Positions 26,767 to 37,124 of a stretch of DNA of 64,000 nucleotides are shown in pieces. How positions within the stretch are numbered: position 1 is the first letter of the stretch; each line of letters opens with the position of its first letter. The notes beneath the pieces were generated by a model that was given only the letters and a program-made list of their open reading frames with translations, was not told the origin of the DNA and made no database searches. The translations under genes were made by a program, and so were the position numbers. The stretch comes from a virus (lineage: Duplodnaviria > Caudoviricetes), in IMG/VR virus record IMGVR_UViG_3300044656_000252, positions 1 through 64,000 of that record; one strand, written 5' to 3'.

Positions 26767-27330
26767 ATGTCCGTGACCGCGAGCAACTTGACCATGGGGC
26801 CGGGCACCCTCTACACGGGCCTGTTCGGCGCGACCGAGCCCCTCGACTCCGCCGTCAACTCGGCGCCGGCCGCGTCGGCGTGGACGGACGTGGGCGGCAC
26901 CGACGGTGGCGTGAAGGTGTCCGTCGACCAGAAGTTCGCGATGCTCCAGTGCGACCAGCTCGTTGACGTCGTCGGGCGCCGGCTCACGAGCCGCGAGATC
27001 ACCCTGGAGACCAACCTCGCCGAGCCCACCCTGGTCAACCTGCAGCAGGCGATCAACGGTGGTACCTCGGCGACCGGGGCGAACTACTCCTCGCTGGAGC
27101 CACTGAACGTCACCAGCGCGACGCAGCCGAACTACTTCGCGGCGATCATGGACGGTTACGCGCCCGGCAATGCGTTCCGGCGCAGGGTGATCGCCCGCCG
27201 GGTGCTGAACGTCAGCAAGGTCGAGTCCCAGTACAGCAAGGACAAGCAGACGTTCATCCCTGTCCAGTTCGGCGCGCACTACGTGTCCCCGTCGATCGCG
27301 ATCGTGCACGTCGTCGACCAGACCGCCTGA
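26767..27330 (+). CDS. Major tail (tube) protein
   Basis: WTDVGGTDGGV..ITLETNLAEPT; synteny. Confidence 0.85.
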   Translation: MSVTASNLTMGPGTLYTGLFGATEPLDSAVNSAPAASAWTDVGGTDGGVKVSVDQKFAMLQCDQLVDVVGRRLTSREITLETNLAEPTLVNLQQAINGGTSATGANYSSLEPLNVTSATQPNYFAAIMDGYAPGNAFRRRVIARRVLNVSKVESQYSKDKQTFIPVQFGAHYVSPSIAIVHVVDQTA

Positions 27331-27392
27331 TCCTGCGCGGCCGGGAACCGAGCGCCCGGCCGCGCAACCCCCGCCACAGCAAGGAGCCCGCC

Positions 27393-27785
27393 ATGGCCAG
27401 CAACGCCCGCACCGTCAAGCGCAAGACCCCAGTGCGCGTCGTCGACAACGGCGACTTCGAGCCGCTGCACCTCACCACCAAGCGGCCGGAGGACCGGGCG
27501 CCGGAGGAGCGTGCCGTCCTGTTCACCCTGGATGGCCGCGAGTTCACCATCCCCCGACGGTTCCCGCCCAATCTGGGCCTGCGGGTGATCCGCACCATGC
27601 GTCGGCAGGGCCTCGACGTCGCCTCCGCCGAGCTGCTCGAGGAGGTCATCGGCGAGGAAGCGTACGACGCGCTCGTCAACTACCCCGATCTCGAACCCGA
27701 GCATCTGGAGCAGCTCATGCAGATCGTGGTCAAGCAGGCCATGGGCGCGCTAGACGTCCCAAAAGGACGCTCGGCGAGCGCCTAG
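27393..27785 (+). CDS. Tail assembly chaperone (gpG-like)
   Basis: Between tube and TMP genes; slippery site near the 3' end. Confidence 0.85.
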   Translation: MASNARTVKRKTPVRVVDNGDFEPLHLTTKRPEDRAPEERAVLFTLDGREFTIPRRFPPNLGLRVIRTMRRQGLDVASAELLEEVIGEEAYDALVNYPDLEPEHLEQLMQIVVKQAMGALDVPKGRSASA

Positions 27786-28072
27786 AAGAGATCGCCTGGA
27801 TACCGGACTACCTCGATGACCTCGACGCCGACTTCCTTGCCTGCTACGGCATCGACCTGGACGCCGCCGACATCGACGGGCCGCGGTTCTTCAACCTGGC
27901 CCGCAGGGTGTTCGCCTACGACGGGGTCATGGCCGCCCGGTACCGGCATCTACAGGACGAGGAAGAGACCTACCAGCCACCAACGCGCGAGCCACAGCAG
28001 CAGCGAGCGGGCGGCGCGGACGTGATCCCGCTCGACCAGTTCAAGGCCCAGTTCCCCGGAATCGTCGACTGA
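27393..28072 (+). CDS. Tail assembly chaperone gpGT via -1 frameshift at CCCAAAA (27758-27764)
   Basis: C CCA AAA heptamer; the -1 frame stays open (KRTLGERLEEIAWIPDYLDDLDADF...) to TGA at 28072. Confidence 0.8.
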
Positions 28073-28091
28073 CGGAGGGAGGTGACAGCGA

Positions 28092-31000
28092 ATGGCCGGT
28101 GACGGCTTCAAGATCGCCGAGGCGTACGTCGAGGTCAAACTGAAGGACTCGACGGAGGACGACCTGGCCAAGATCGAGGCGAAGGTGCGCGGCGAGGCAC
28201 CCGCCGAGATGAAGGTCGACGCCGACGTCGCACCGGCCGAGGCGAAGGCCGACGAGGTGCGCACACGCATCGACGGGAAGCGCGCCACGGCGACGATCGA
28301 CGCGAACATCGCTGCCGCCACCGCGCAGATCGATCAGGTCAAGGCACGGCTGGACGACCTGAAGGCCCGCAAGACCGACCCGAAGATCGACGTCGAGATC
28401 GCCGCCGCGGAGCTCAAGGCTCAGCAGATCACGTCGAAGCTGGAGGAGCTGAACGAGGAGCGGCCGTCGCCGAAGGTGGACGCGGACATCGCGGCCGCGA
28501 ACATCAACCTGGAACGCGTCCAGCTGAAGATCCAGGAGCTCGACGCCAAGCGGGCCTCACCGAAGGTGGACGCCGACATCGCGGCCGCCGAGGCGAAGCT
28601 GGATCAGCTCAACGCGCGCGTCGACACCTTGAAGGCCAAGCGGGTCGCCATCCAGGGCGACGGCTCCGGCTTGGACGACGTCAAGACGAAGGCCGAGCAG
28701 GCATCGTCGTCGGTGGACAAGGCGGGCTTCTCGGCATCCAGCCTGTCCGGGCCGCTCGCGGGGATCGGCGGGTTCGCGGCGATGGGACTCGGCGCCATCC
28801 CGGCGCTCGCGGCTGTTGCGGCTGCGGCCATCGCCGCGATCGGACCAGCCGCAGCCGGGGCTGGCGCGGCGCTCGCTGGGATCGGGTTCGCGTTCCACGG
28901 TGTATCGGAGGCGTTGAAGGGCTACTCGGCGGACCAGAAGGCCGCGGCATCGGCGTCGAACTCTGCGGCCTCAACCCAGCTCAGCAACGCGATCGCGATC
29001 CGCAACGCGCAGCAGGCGATCGCGGACGCCCAGAAGCAACAGGCCCGCGTGTACGAGGATGCCGCGCTGTCCATCGCACAGGCCGAGCAGCGGGTCACGG
29101 ATGCGCAGCGGCAGGACCAGATCGCGACGCAGAACCTCACCGACGCGCGGAAGGCCGCCGAGCAGCAGATCGAGTCGCTCAACCAGCAGGTGAGCGACAT
29201 GGCGGTGAACGAGGAGGGCGCGAGCCTCGCGGTCGAGCAGGCCCAGCAGCGGTTGAAGCAGGTCCTGGCCAACCCCCTGTCCACGGACCTGGAGAAGCGC
29301 CAGGCGGAGTACGACGTCAAGAACGCCCAGCAGCAGCTCGACGACCTGAAGCAGCGCGACGAGCAGGTCCGACAGCAGGCCGCCGACGCCAACGCCAAGG
29401 GCGTCGAGGGCGACAAGCAGGTCGTTGACGCGAAGAACTCCCTGATCTCCGCGAACGAGGGCGTGCAGAACGCGCAGGAAGCTCTGACCAAGGCTCAGGT
29501 CGACGCCTCCCGGCAGGAAGCTGACGCTGCGGAGGCAGTGGCCAAGGCGCAGCAGCAGTTGGCGGACACCGAAGCGCAGCAGGCGGCGCAGGCCGCCCAG
29601 TCCGCCGGCGCCGCCAGCCAGTTCGCGGCGGCTATGGCGAAGCTGACCCCGGCCGGCCGAGACTTCGTCAACCAGCTGCTGTCGATGAAACCGTTGGTGG
29701 ACGGGCTGAAGGCCACCTCGGAGAACAGCTTCCTGCCGGGCATGACCACCATGCTCAAGGACTCCGTGGGCTTGTTCCCCATCTTCAACGCTGGCATCGC
29801 GTCCATGGGGCACGTGTTCTCGGACGCTGCGGTGCAGGCGGGGAACCTGTTCAAGACGCCGCTGTTCCAGGGCCAGTTGCAGGCGCTGTTCGCCAACGCC
29901 GTCCCGCTGTTTCAGGGGCTGCTCGGCGGCTTGGGCCAGGTGTTCACCGGGCTCGTGCAGCTCGGCTCGGTCGCCGGGCCGGTGACGTCCGGCCTGGGTG
30001 CCGGGCTGAACGCGATCGGTGGCGGCCTCAACCAGATGATGGCCGCGCTGGCGCCGGCGATGGCCCCGCTGGGGTCGATGTTGCAGTCGCTGGGGCAGGC
30101 CATCGGCAGTCTCGGCGCGCCGCTCGGCCAGCTGGTGACGCTGATCGCGCAGGCGTTCGCGCCGGTGTTCGCCGCGCTGGTTCCGGTGATCTCCGACCTG
30201 GCCAACATGATCGTCGCCCTGCTGAAGCCGGTTCTGGCCGCGCTCGGCCCGGTGCTGACCGTGGTGGCCCAGCAGCTCGACTCCGTGCTCAAGGCGCTCG
30301 CCCCGGCGATGCCGGCGTTCGGTCAGCTGGTCGGCGCGATCCTGCAGCTGATCCCACCCATCACCGACTTCGTCGCGAAGCTACTGGTTGGGTTGCTGCC
30401 GATCCTGCCGCCGATCATCAACGTGGTGACCCAGCTGGCGCACGTCGTCGGCCAGGCACTATCGACCGCGTTCAGCGCGGTGTGGACGGCGATCTCGCCG
30501 CTGCTGCCGATCCTTGTCCAGCTGATCACTACCGTCGCGAACGCGGTGTCCGGCGTGTTCCCCGCGCTGATGCCGATCCTGGACGCCTGGGGCCAGCTGA
30601 TGCAGGGCGTGTTCCAGGCAGCGGCGCCGCTGTTCCCGGCGTTGATGCAGATCGTGCAGGCCGCGATCCCGCCGCTGCTGGACATCCTCCAGGCTCTGAT
30701 GCCGATCCTGCGGCTCGTGGCTCAGCTGATCTCGGATCTGGTGCCAGTGATCCAGCCGCTGATACAGATCATCGTGGACATCCTGGTCCCGGTGATCAAG
30801 GCGCTGTTGCCCGTCGTGAAGGACGTGTTCGGGTCGATCGCCGACATCGTCAAGGACGTCATGCAGGTGATCAAGGGCGTGATCGAGGTCGTCACCGGCA
30901 TCATCTCCGGCAACTGGGGCCAGGTGTGGCAGGGCATCAAGGACGTGTTCGGCGGCATCTGGAACGCGATCGTCGACATCGTCAAGGGCGCTGTGCGCGC

Positions 31001-31514
31001 GGTGTGGGACGCGATCTCCGGCATCTTTGACATCGGCAAGAACATCGTCGAGGGCATCTGGCACGGCATCGAGGGCATGGGCCAGTGGCTCTATGACCAC
31101 GTGTGGGGCTGGATCAAGAGCGTGATCCCGGGCCCAATCAAGGACGCCCTGGGGATCTCGTCGCCGTCGCGGGTGATGGCCGAAGAGGTGGGCCAACACA
31201 TCCCGACCGGCCTCGTGGTGGGTATGCAGCAGACGCAGGGTCAGGCCGTCGCCGCGTCGCGGACCATGGCGGCTGGTGTGCTCGCCGCGGCGCGGGGCGT
31301 GATGGTGTCCGGCGGCGCGCCGCTCGTGTCCGCTCAGGGCCTGGCCGGCGCGACTTCGTCGACCACGGCCGGGCAGGGCGGCATCACGATCGAGAACGTC
31401 AACGTGACCGGGATCGTCGACCTCACCGACCCGAACGCGATGACCGCCAACGCCCGAAAGATGGTCTTCGAGCTCCGCAACGCCCTGCGAGTCGTGGAGG
31501 GCCAGTACTCATGA
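28092..31514 (+). CDS. Tape measure protein (1140 aa)
   Basis: FKIAEAYVEV start, Ala/Gln coiled coils, amphipathic repeats, SSPSRVM motif. Confidence 0.93.
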   Translation: MAGDGFKIAEAYVEVKLKDSTEDDLAKIEAKVRGEAPAEMKVDADVAPAEAKADEVRTRIDGKRATATIDANIAAATAQIDQVKARLDDLKARKTDPKIDVEIAAAELKAQQITSKLEELNEERPSPKVDADIAAANINLERVQLKIQELDAKRASPKVDADIAAAEAKLDQLNARVDTLKAKRVAIQGDGSGLDDVKTKAEQASSSVDKAGFSASSLSGPLAGIGGFAAMGLGAIPALAAVAAAAIAAIGPAAAGAGAALAGIGFAFHGVSEALKGYSADQKAAASASNSAASTQLSNAIAIRNAQQAIADAQKQQARVYEDAALSIAQAEQRVTDAQRQDQIATQNLTDARKAAEQQIESLNQQVSDMAVNEEGASLAVEQAQQRLKQVLANPLSTDLEKRQAEYDVKNAQQQLDDLKQRDEQVRQQAADANAKGVEGDKQVVDAKNSLISANEGVQNAQEALTKAQVDASRQEADAAEAVAKAQQQLADTEAQQAAQAAQSAGAASQFAAAMAKLTPAGRDFVNQLLSMKPLVDGLKATSENSFLPGMTTMLKDSVGLFPIFNAGIASMGHVFSDAAVQAGNLFKTPLFQGQLQALFANAVPLFQGLLGGLGQVFTGLVQLGSVAGPVTSGLGAGLNAIGGGLNQMMAALAPAMAPLGSMLQSLGQAIGSLGAPLGQLVTLIAQAFAPVFAALVPVISDLANMIVALLKPVLAALGPVLTVVAQQLDSVLKALAPAMPAFGQLVGAILQLIPPITDFVAKLLVGLLPILPPIINVVTQLAHVVGQALSTAFSAVWTAISPLLPILVQLITTVANAVSGVFPALMPILDAWGQLMQGVFQAAAPLFPALMQIVQAAIPPLLDILQALMPILRLVAQLISDLVPVIQPLIQIIVDILVPVIKALLPVVKDVFGSIADIVKDVMQVIKGVIEVVTGIISGNWGQVWQGIKDVFGGIWNAIVDIVKGAVRAVWDAISGIFDIGKNIVEGIWHGIEGMGQWLYDHVWGWIKSVIPGPIKDALGISSPSRVMAEEVGQHIPTGLVVGMQQTQGQAVAASRTMAAGVLAAARGVMVSGGAPLVSAQGLAGATSSTTAGQGGITIENVNVTGIVDLTDPNAMTANARKMVFELRNALRVVEGQYS

Positions 31515-32746
31515 CCACGAACTTCGGGACCACGCAGATCGGCCGATTGTCGTTGCGGGAGGCCATCACGACGGCCACGGACGCGGTCGACTCGACCAAC
31601 GCCACCGGCCGCACCCTCGCGTTGACCGGGCAGGAGGTGAACGCCTCCACCGCGCCGTCGGCTGGCCTGTCGGTGGCGGCGCTGGCGCAGGTCGAGGACG
31701 ACCTGACCGGTATGGCCGGCAGTTCGATCCAGCCGGTGACGTTCACGAACAAGCAGGACCGGAACGGCTACTACCGGCTCACCGCGGCGCAGGCCGCGTT
31801 GATGAACTGGACGGGCGAGCTCATCACGTGCGACTGGTCGGCGAACCTCATCCGGGTCGGCACGGACACCGAGGTCGACCTGGAGTCCAGGTTGACCGGT
31901 GCGACCGCCCGCAACAACAGCTTCAGCGCGACGGGGGAGCGGTGGCACTGCCCGCCGATAGGGCACTACGCGTACTGGGCCGGACCGTCCCAGCCGTCCA
32001 CAGTGACCCGAACCGGCAGCGACGGGGCAATGACCGTCTACCGGCGACTCCAGACCGGCTACAACCCGCGGTGGGGCTGCCCGGTCGGCTCCTACCTCAA
32101 CGGCCGGGTGCGGTTCATTGACCAGAACTCGCTGGAGCGGGCTGGCATCAACTACAGCGTGGCGGCGACCGGGTGGACGCTGCACAACTCCCTCGTCCGT
32201 GTTACCCCGTTGACGAGCAACGGTGTGCTCCAGGTGTCGGCGTACACCGGGGGCGGCTGGCAGACGAAGAACTGGGACATCCAGTCCGCCGCCAGTTCGC
32301 TCGGCGCGCCGACGTCGTGCACCGTGCTGCGCAACGAGGTCGAGATCGCCGTGGTGCGTCTGCTGTGGACGCAGGCACCTGGGCGGATCACCGTCGACCT
32401 CACGCTGCGCCGCGGCAGCAGGTTCGTCGAGGTGTACGTGCAGGGCGAGTTCTCGGCGACGCTGACGATCCAGTGCGTCACTGCAGAGGCCGGCACCGCC
32501 GGCACCGGCTACGTGTCCGCCACCGCGAACGACGCTGCGGGCAACCGGTACATCATCGGCTCGGCGAAGACGTTCACCGCGTTGACCACGCAGGGCGGGA
32601 TCCAGCTCGCCAGCACCGTCACCCTCGACGCGTTCATCGGCGTCGTCGCCGGCGGATCCGGCGCGGTGGCCGGCGACGTGGCGGGCGACCTCTATGCCCA
32701 GTACCTCGGCGCGCCCAGCGAGCTCGTGCAGGCGGTGCGCAGATGA
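31511..32746 (+). CDS. Minor tail protein (distal-tail-like)
   Basis: Directly after TMP; beta-rich. Confidence 0.75.
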   Translation: MTTNFGTTQIGRLSLREAITTATDAVDSTNATGRTLALTGQEVNASTAPSAGLSVAALAQVEDDLTGMAGSSIQPVTFTNKQDRNGYYRLTAAQAALMNWTGELITCDWSANLIRVGTDTEVDLESRLTGATARNNSFSATGERWHCPPIGHYAYWAGPSQPSTVTRTGSDGAMTVYRRLQTGYNPRWGCPVGSYLNGRVRFIDQNSLERAGINYSVAATGWTLHNSLVRVTPLTSNGVLQVSAYTGGGWQTKNWDIQSAASSLGAPTSCTVLRNEVEIAVVRLLWTQAPGRITVDLTLRRGSRFVEVYVQGEFSATLTIQCVTAEAGTAGTGYVSATANDAAGNRYIIGSAKTFTALTTQGGIQLASTVTLDAFIGVVAGGSGAVAGDVAGDLYAQYLGAPSELVQAVRR

Positions 32747-35571
32747 GCATCACCGAGACCAAGGGCGCGCTGGGCAGTTGGTCGCTGAAGCTGCGGCCGG
32801 ACACACCGCGCGCCGTCATCGACGCCATCCAGTACTTCGGGCACATCGTCGTCAGCACCGGACGCCCCGATCCGCGCGTTGCCGGCGACACCCTGCTCCG
32901 CTCGGGCAGGTACACGGGCGTGCTGAGGGGCAAGACGTTCGCGAGCGACGACAGCGGATACAACCTGTCCGGCAGCGGCATGGCGTACTGGTTGGGCGAC
33001 GAGAACAACAACGGGCCCGTCATCACCACCGCGCTCACGTTCACCAACGCCTCGTTCACCTCCGCCGTGAACGCGATGCTGCCGGCGTCCGGTGCGGTCA
33101 CCGCCGGCACGATCCACTCGGTCACCGGGGCCTACACCGGCCTGCACCAGTGGCAGACCTCCCGCAAGGCGTTGGACTACCTGTGCTCGACCATGACCAG
33201 CGACTACACCAACCCGGTTGAGTACAGGGTGAACGGCGACGCCACTTTGGACGCCGGGCTCGTCAGCGATCTGTACGTCACCAACCCGGTCGCCGCGGTG
33301 GTGCGGCGTGACATCGGCGCCGACATGGGCGTCCGGGCGCTGCCGGGGAAGGGCGTCACCACGGAGGACGTGCAGTCGTTCATCACCGAGGTGATCCTGC
33401 TCGCGCAGGGCCAGGGCACGGCGATCGCGACCGGCGCGGCCACGATCTCCCCGGCGCTCAACCCGTACCTGGACCTGCACGGCAACCCGGTCAGCATCAT
33501 CAGCGCGGTGTCGCAGTCCTCGACGGACCCGAACAACGCCAACGCCCAGGCCGCCGTCACGTTGAACACGTACAGCACGCCGCGGCAGCAGATCAAGCTG
33601 ACCAGCGACCAGTTCGACATCCGCGGCGACGTCGCGCTCGGGGACTGGGTGTGGGTGCACGACCCGGACGCCGGCCTGGTCGACACCTCGGCGACGCCGA
33701 ACGAGATCGTGTTCCGCGGGCAGCGGATCAACCCGACCAAGCTGCGCGTGATGGAGATGACCTACCCGATCACCGCCGGCATGTCCGTGGCCTACCGGGA
33801 CTACAACGGCAACTGGTACGACCTGACGGACTACGTCATCTGGGAGTCCGGCTCGACGACCCTCACCGTCGGCGGGTTCGATCGGTCGTTGACGAACCCG
33901 AACGGGGAGAGCATCGGCACGCGGCCGATGCCGAACACCAGCATCCCCAACGCGCCCGCGTTCGTTCTGCCCTTCACGCAGTCCGTCTACCAGTCCACCA
34001 ACAGCGGCATCACCAAGGCCCAGGTGCAGGTCGCGTGGACGAGGCCAACCAACACGGACGGTTCGGCGATCATCGACGGCGACCACTATGAGATCCAGTA
34101 CCGCACCGGCGCGACACCGATCTTCCCAGCCACGCACGCCCAGATGGCCAGTTACACCCACGCCCAGTTGCACGCCGGTACGAACGCCGAGCCGATCACC
34201 TACACGCCGGGCCCGTGGCAGACCGCATACGTGGGATTCGACGCCACCTCCTACCTGATCCAGGAGCTCACTCCTGGTGTGCCGTACGACATCCAGATCC
34301 GGGCGGTGGACAACGGAAACCCACCGAACAGCTCGGTGTGGTCGGCGACGACGACGATCCAGACGGTGGGGGACACGATCGCCCCGTCCGTACCGGCGCC
34401 CCCTTCCGTTGCCGCGTCGCGGATCGCGATCCAGGTGACCCACACGCTCGGCAAGTCGAGCGGTGGCACGTACAACCTGGAAGCCGACCTGCACCATCTC
34501 GAGGTGCACGCGCAGTACGAGCCCACGTTCACCCCGGACAACACGACGCTGCTGGGCAAACTGATCGCCAACAACGGCATGATCATTGCTCAGATCCCCG
34601 CCGTTGGTACGTTCAATGTCGAGTCCACGGGTGCGCTCTACTTCAAGGTGCTCGCCGTGGACGAGGCGGGCAACAAGTCCAATCCGAGCACGGCAGTGCA
34701 GGCGACCGCGCTGCTCATCGACAACGCGCACATCTCCGACCTGACAGTGACTAAGGTGACCGCGGGCACGATCACCGCGGACTGGTTCATCGGCGCCCGC
34801 ATCAAGACAGCGGATAGTGGTGCCCGGGTCGAGCTCAACTCCAGCGGATTGCAGGCCTACAACGGCAACGGCACACAGACGGTAGCGATCAACTCGGCCG
34901 ACGGGTCCGCCACCCTCACCGGAACCGTGCAGTCCGGTGTCGGAACGGGAAGCCGCGTCATCCTGAACCCGGCTGGCCCGACCGGCGGCGGCGACGGCTG
35001 GCCCACCATCGACTTCTACCCGTCGAACAGCTCCAACGTCGCGTTCATCAACGCACCCGACGGCGGCAACGCCGGCACCACCATGGGCATGAACTCTGGC
35101 ACGTTCACCAACGTCACGTCCGGAAACACAAACCGGACACGCCTGATCGCGACCGACTCGATCACCATGCAGCTGATCAAGACGACCGACCAGAGCAACG
35201 ACGGGGGCTTCTTCCAGGCGTGGTCGAACATCACACGGAACGGGGTCAGCAACGCCTCAGTAGACGCCTGGTACGAGATCGACAACTCGGCGAACCACTT
35301 CCAGAAGGGCGTGTGGGCAGAGGCGCAAAACATCGGCGGTCTGTCAGCCACCTACTGCGAGGAAACCAGCGTGGGAGCAGGGTTCGGCAGCCTCATCCTG
35401 TCCTATGGGGCAACGTTCGCCGGCCGGATCAACCCCGTCGCGAGCGTGATCGACAGTGGCAGCCCTAACACGTACGCGGCAATCAGCGCCTCGTCGGCGA
35501 CAGGCGTCACAGTCGCATACCCCAACGCCCACGCGGTGATCGTCAACACCTGGTGCTTCCGACTCTCCTAG
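32743..35571 (+). CDS. Minor tail hub/central fibre with FN3-like domains
   Basis: QVAWTRP..YEIQY..LTPGVPYDIQIRAVD.GN.S and second FKVLAVDEAGNKSNPS FN3 signatures. Confidence 0.85.
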   Translation: MSITETKGALGSWSLKLRPDTPRAVIDAIQYFGHIVVSTGRPDPRVAGDTLLRSGRYTGVLRGKTFASDDSGYNLSGSGMAYWLGDENNNGPVITTALTFTNASFTSAVNAMLPASGAVTAGTIHSVTGAYTGLHQWQTSRKALDYLCSTMTSDYTNPVEYRVNGDATLDAGLVSDLYVTNPVAAVVRRDIGADMGVRALPGKGVTTEDVQSFITEVILLAQGQGTAIATGAATISPALNPYLDLHGNPVSIISAVSQSSTDPNNANAQAAVTLNTYSTPRQQIKLTSDQFDIRGDVALGDWVWVHDPDAGLVDTSATPNEIVFRGQRINPTKLRVMEMTYPITAGMSVAYRDYNGNWYDLTDYVIWESGSTTLTVGGFDRSLTNPNGESIGTRPMPNTSIPNAPAFVLPFTQSVYQSTNSGITKAQVQVAWTRPTNTDGSAIIDGDHYEIQYRTGATPIFPATHAQMASYTHAQLHAGTNAEPITYTPGPWQTAYVGFDATSYLIQELTPGVPYDIQIRAVDNGNPPNSSVWSATTTIQTVGDTIAPSVPAPPSVAASRIAIQVTHTLGKSSGGTYNLEADLHHLEVHAQYEPTFTPDNTTLLGKLIANNGMIIAQIPAVGTFNVESTGALYFKVLAVDEAGNKSNPSTAVQATALLIDNAHISDLTVTKVTAGTITADWFIGARIKTADSGARVELNSSGLQAYNGNGTQTVAINSADGSATLTGTVQSGVGTGSRVILNPAGPTGGGDGWPTIDFYPSNSSNVAFINAPDGGNAGTTMGMNSGTFTNVTSGNTNRTRLIATDSITMQLIKTTDQSNDGGFFQAWSNITRNGVSNASVDAWYEIDNSANHFQKGVWAEAQNIGGLSATYCEETSVGAGFGSLILSYGATFAGRINPVASVIDSGSPNTYAAISASSATGVTVAYPNAHAVIVNTWCFRLS

Positions 35572-35585
35572 AAAGGCGGTGAACG

Positions 35586-36131
35586 ATGAAGATCGTGTTC
35601 GATAGCGTCGAACTGGTCCGGGATCGCTGGCGCGTGGCGAAAACCCTCACAGCTGACGACGGCTCATCGGAACGGCAGCTGCACGTGTTCCCAACAGACA
35701 CAATGGAGTGGAGGGCCGCCGAGTACGGCATCGACCCGTCGGACACCGCCTCCCTCTTGGATGTGGTTCTCACCGAGCCCCACCTCACGTCGGAGGACTG
35801 GGCAAACGGCAGCGCACTGCACACCGCCCCCGACATCGCCACCGCCCGCCGCGACCATCTCGCCCGCTGCGCGGCGGTGAAGCTGCGGCACCGCATGTCC
35901 ACGAGGGCGAAGGGGACGCCACTGGACCGGGTGCGCGCGGAGTCGGTAATGGACCTGGAGGTGGTGGCGGTGAAGACCGCTCATGTGTCCCAGGTGCGTG
36001 AGCAGCAACTCGCGCACCGACGCCGTTTGTCGCTCGCTCCGGTGCCGCGGGCCGAGGTTCTTCGGCGACAACTGCTCGGCCCTGAGCCGATCATTTCCGC
36101 CGCGTACCCCGACGCCTCCGAGGAGTCCTGA
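35586..36131 (+). CDS. Hypothetical tail-region protein
   Basis: SD AAGG; between tail genes. Confidence 0.7.
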   Translation: MKIVFDSVELVRDRWRVAKTLTADDGSSERQLHVFPTDTMEWRAAEYGIDPSDTASLLDVVLTEPHLTSEDWANGSALHTAPDIATARRDHLARCAAVKLRHRMSTRAKGTPLDRVRAESVMDLEVVAVKTAHVSQVREQQLAHRRRLSLAPVPRAEVLRRQLLGPEPIISAAYPDASEES

Positions 36132-37111
36132 TGTCGACGACCACGACCCGCGCAGCGCTGGTCAAGCCGGCGACGAGCGAGTTTTACGACGTCACGATCT
36201 TCAACGCGAACGCCGACAAGATCGACAACCTGGTGGGGTTCACGCCGGCCACCAGCACCACCAGGCCGTCCACACCCATCGCCGGACAGGGGGTGCTGGA
36301 GTCAGACACTGGCGCTGCGGTGGTGTCCAACGGATCAAGCCCGGCGTCAGCGTCCTGGAGCTACCTGCACGGCACCGGTGGCCCTGCAACGCTCGGTGCG
36401 ACCGGGGCACAGGCAGCGCTGCGGATCCAGACCACCGCCACGATCTCTGGTAATCGGGTCGTCGACTTCCGCAAGTCCGGCGACACCAACGCCAGCTTCA
36501 TCCAGGACTTCGACGGACGGATGCAGTGGGGCCCCGGCGGGTCAACCAATGTGGACGTCAACTTGTACCGTGCCAGCGCCGGCGTCCTGAAAACGGACAA
36601 CACGATCAACGCCGTCACGGATGTCCAGGTCAACGGGAGCAGTCTGTCGCGGGGAGTCGTTGGCGGCCGGCAGATCACCGGCACCAACAACCTCGGCCCC
36701 ACGATCACCACGACCGAGACCGAACCGACCAACATGGACAGTGGATCGGTCGCGCTGAGCTCGAACCGCCGATACCGGATCACGGTCCGGTTCAAAGCGC
36801 TCGGCTCTGTCGCCAACGACATCTACTCCCTGAAGATCAGGGTCGGCGCGACGGCGGGCACAGGCGGAAACCAACTTCGGGAGAACGTGTTCACCATCCT
36901 GGCCAACGGGATCGGGTACACGGACGAGTTCTCCACAGACTACGAGACCGGCAGCAGTCCCGGATCGCTGGTGTTCACGATGACCGCGGTTCGCGTGTCT
37001 GGCAGCGGCAACATCCAGTTCCAGGGTGGTGCGGCCGGGCTCGCCAACCCTGTTGGCGTGGTCGTCAAGGACGAAGGCCCTGCCAACGTGCTCACTACCA
37101 CCGCCAGCTGA
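36131..37111 (+). CDS. Minor tail/fibre protein
   Basis: LVKP..E.YDV..FNANADKID N-terminus; DVNLYRASAGVLKTD motif. Confidence 0.75.
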   Translation: MSTTTTRAALVKPATSEFYDVTIFNANADKIDNLVGFTPATSTTRPSTPIAGQGVLESDTGAAVVSNGSSPASASWSYLHGTGGPATLGATGAQAALRIQTTATISGNRVVDFRKSGDTNASFIQDFDGRMQWGPGGSTNVDVNLYRASAGVLKTDNTINAVTDVQVNGSSLSRGVVGGRQITGTNNLGPTITTTETEPTNMDSGSVALSSNRRYRITVRFKALGSVANDIYSLKIRVGATAGTGGNQLRENVFTILANGIGYTDEFSTDYETGSSPGSLVFTMTAVRVSGSGNIQFQGGAAGLANPVGVVVKDEGPANVLTTTAS

Positions 37112-37124
37112 CAAGGAGACGAAC

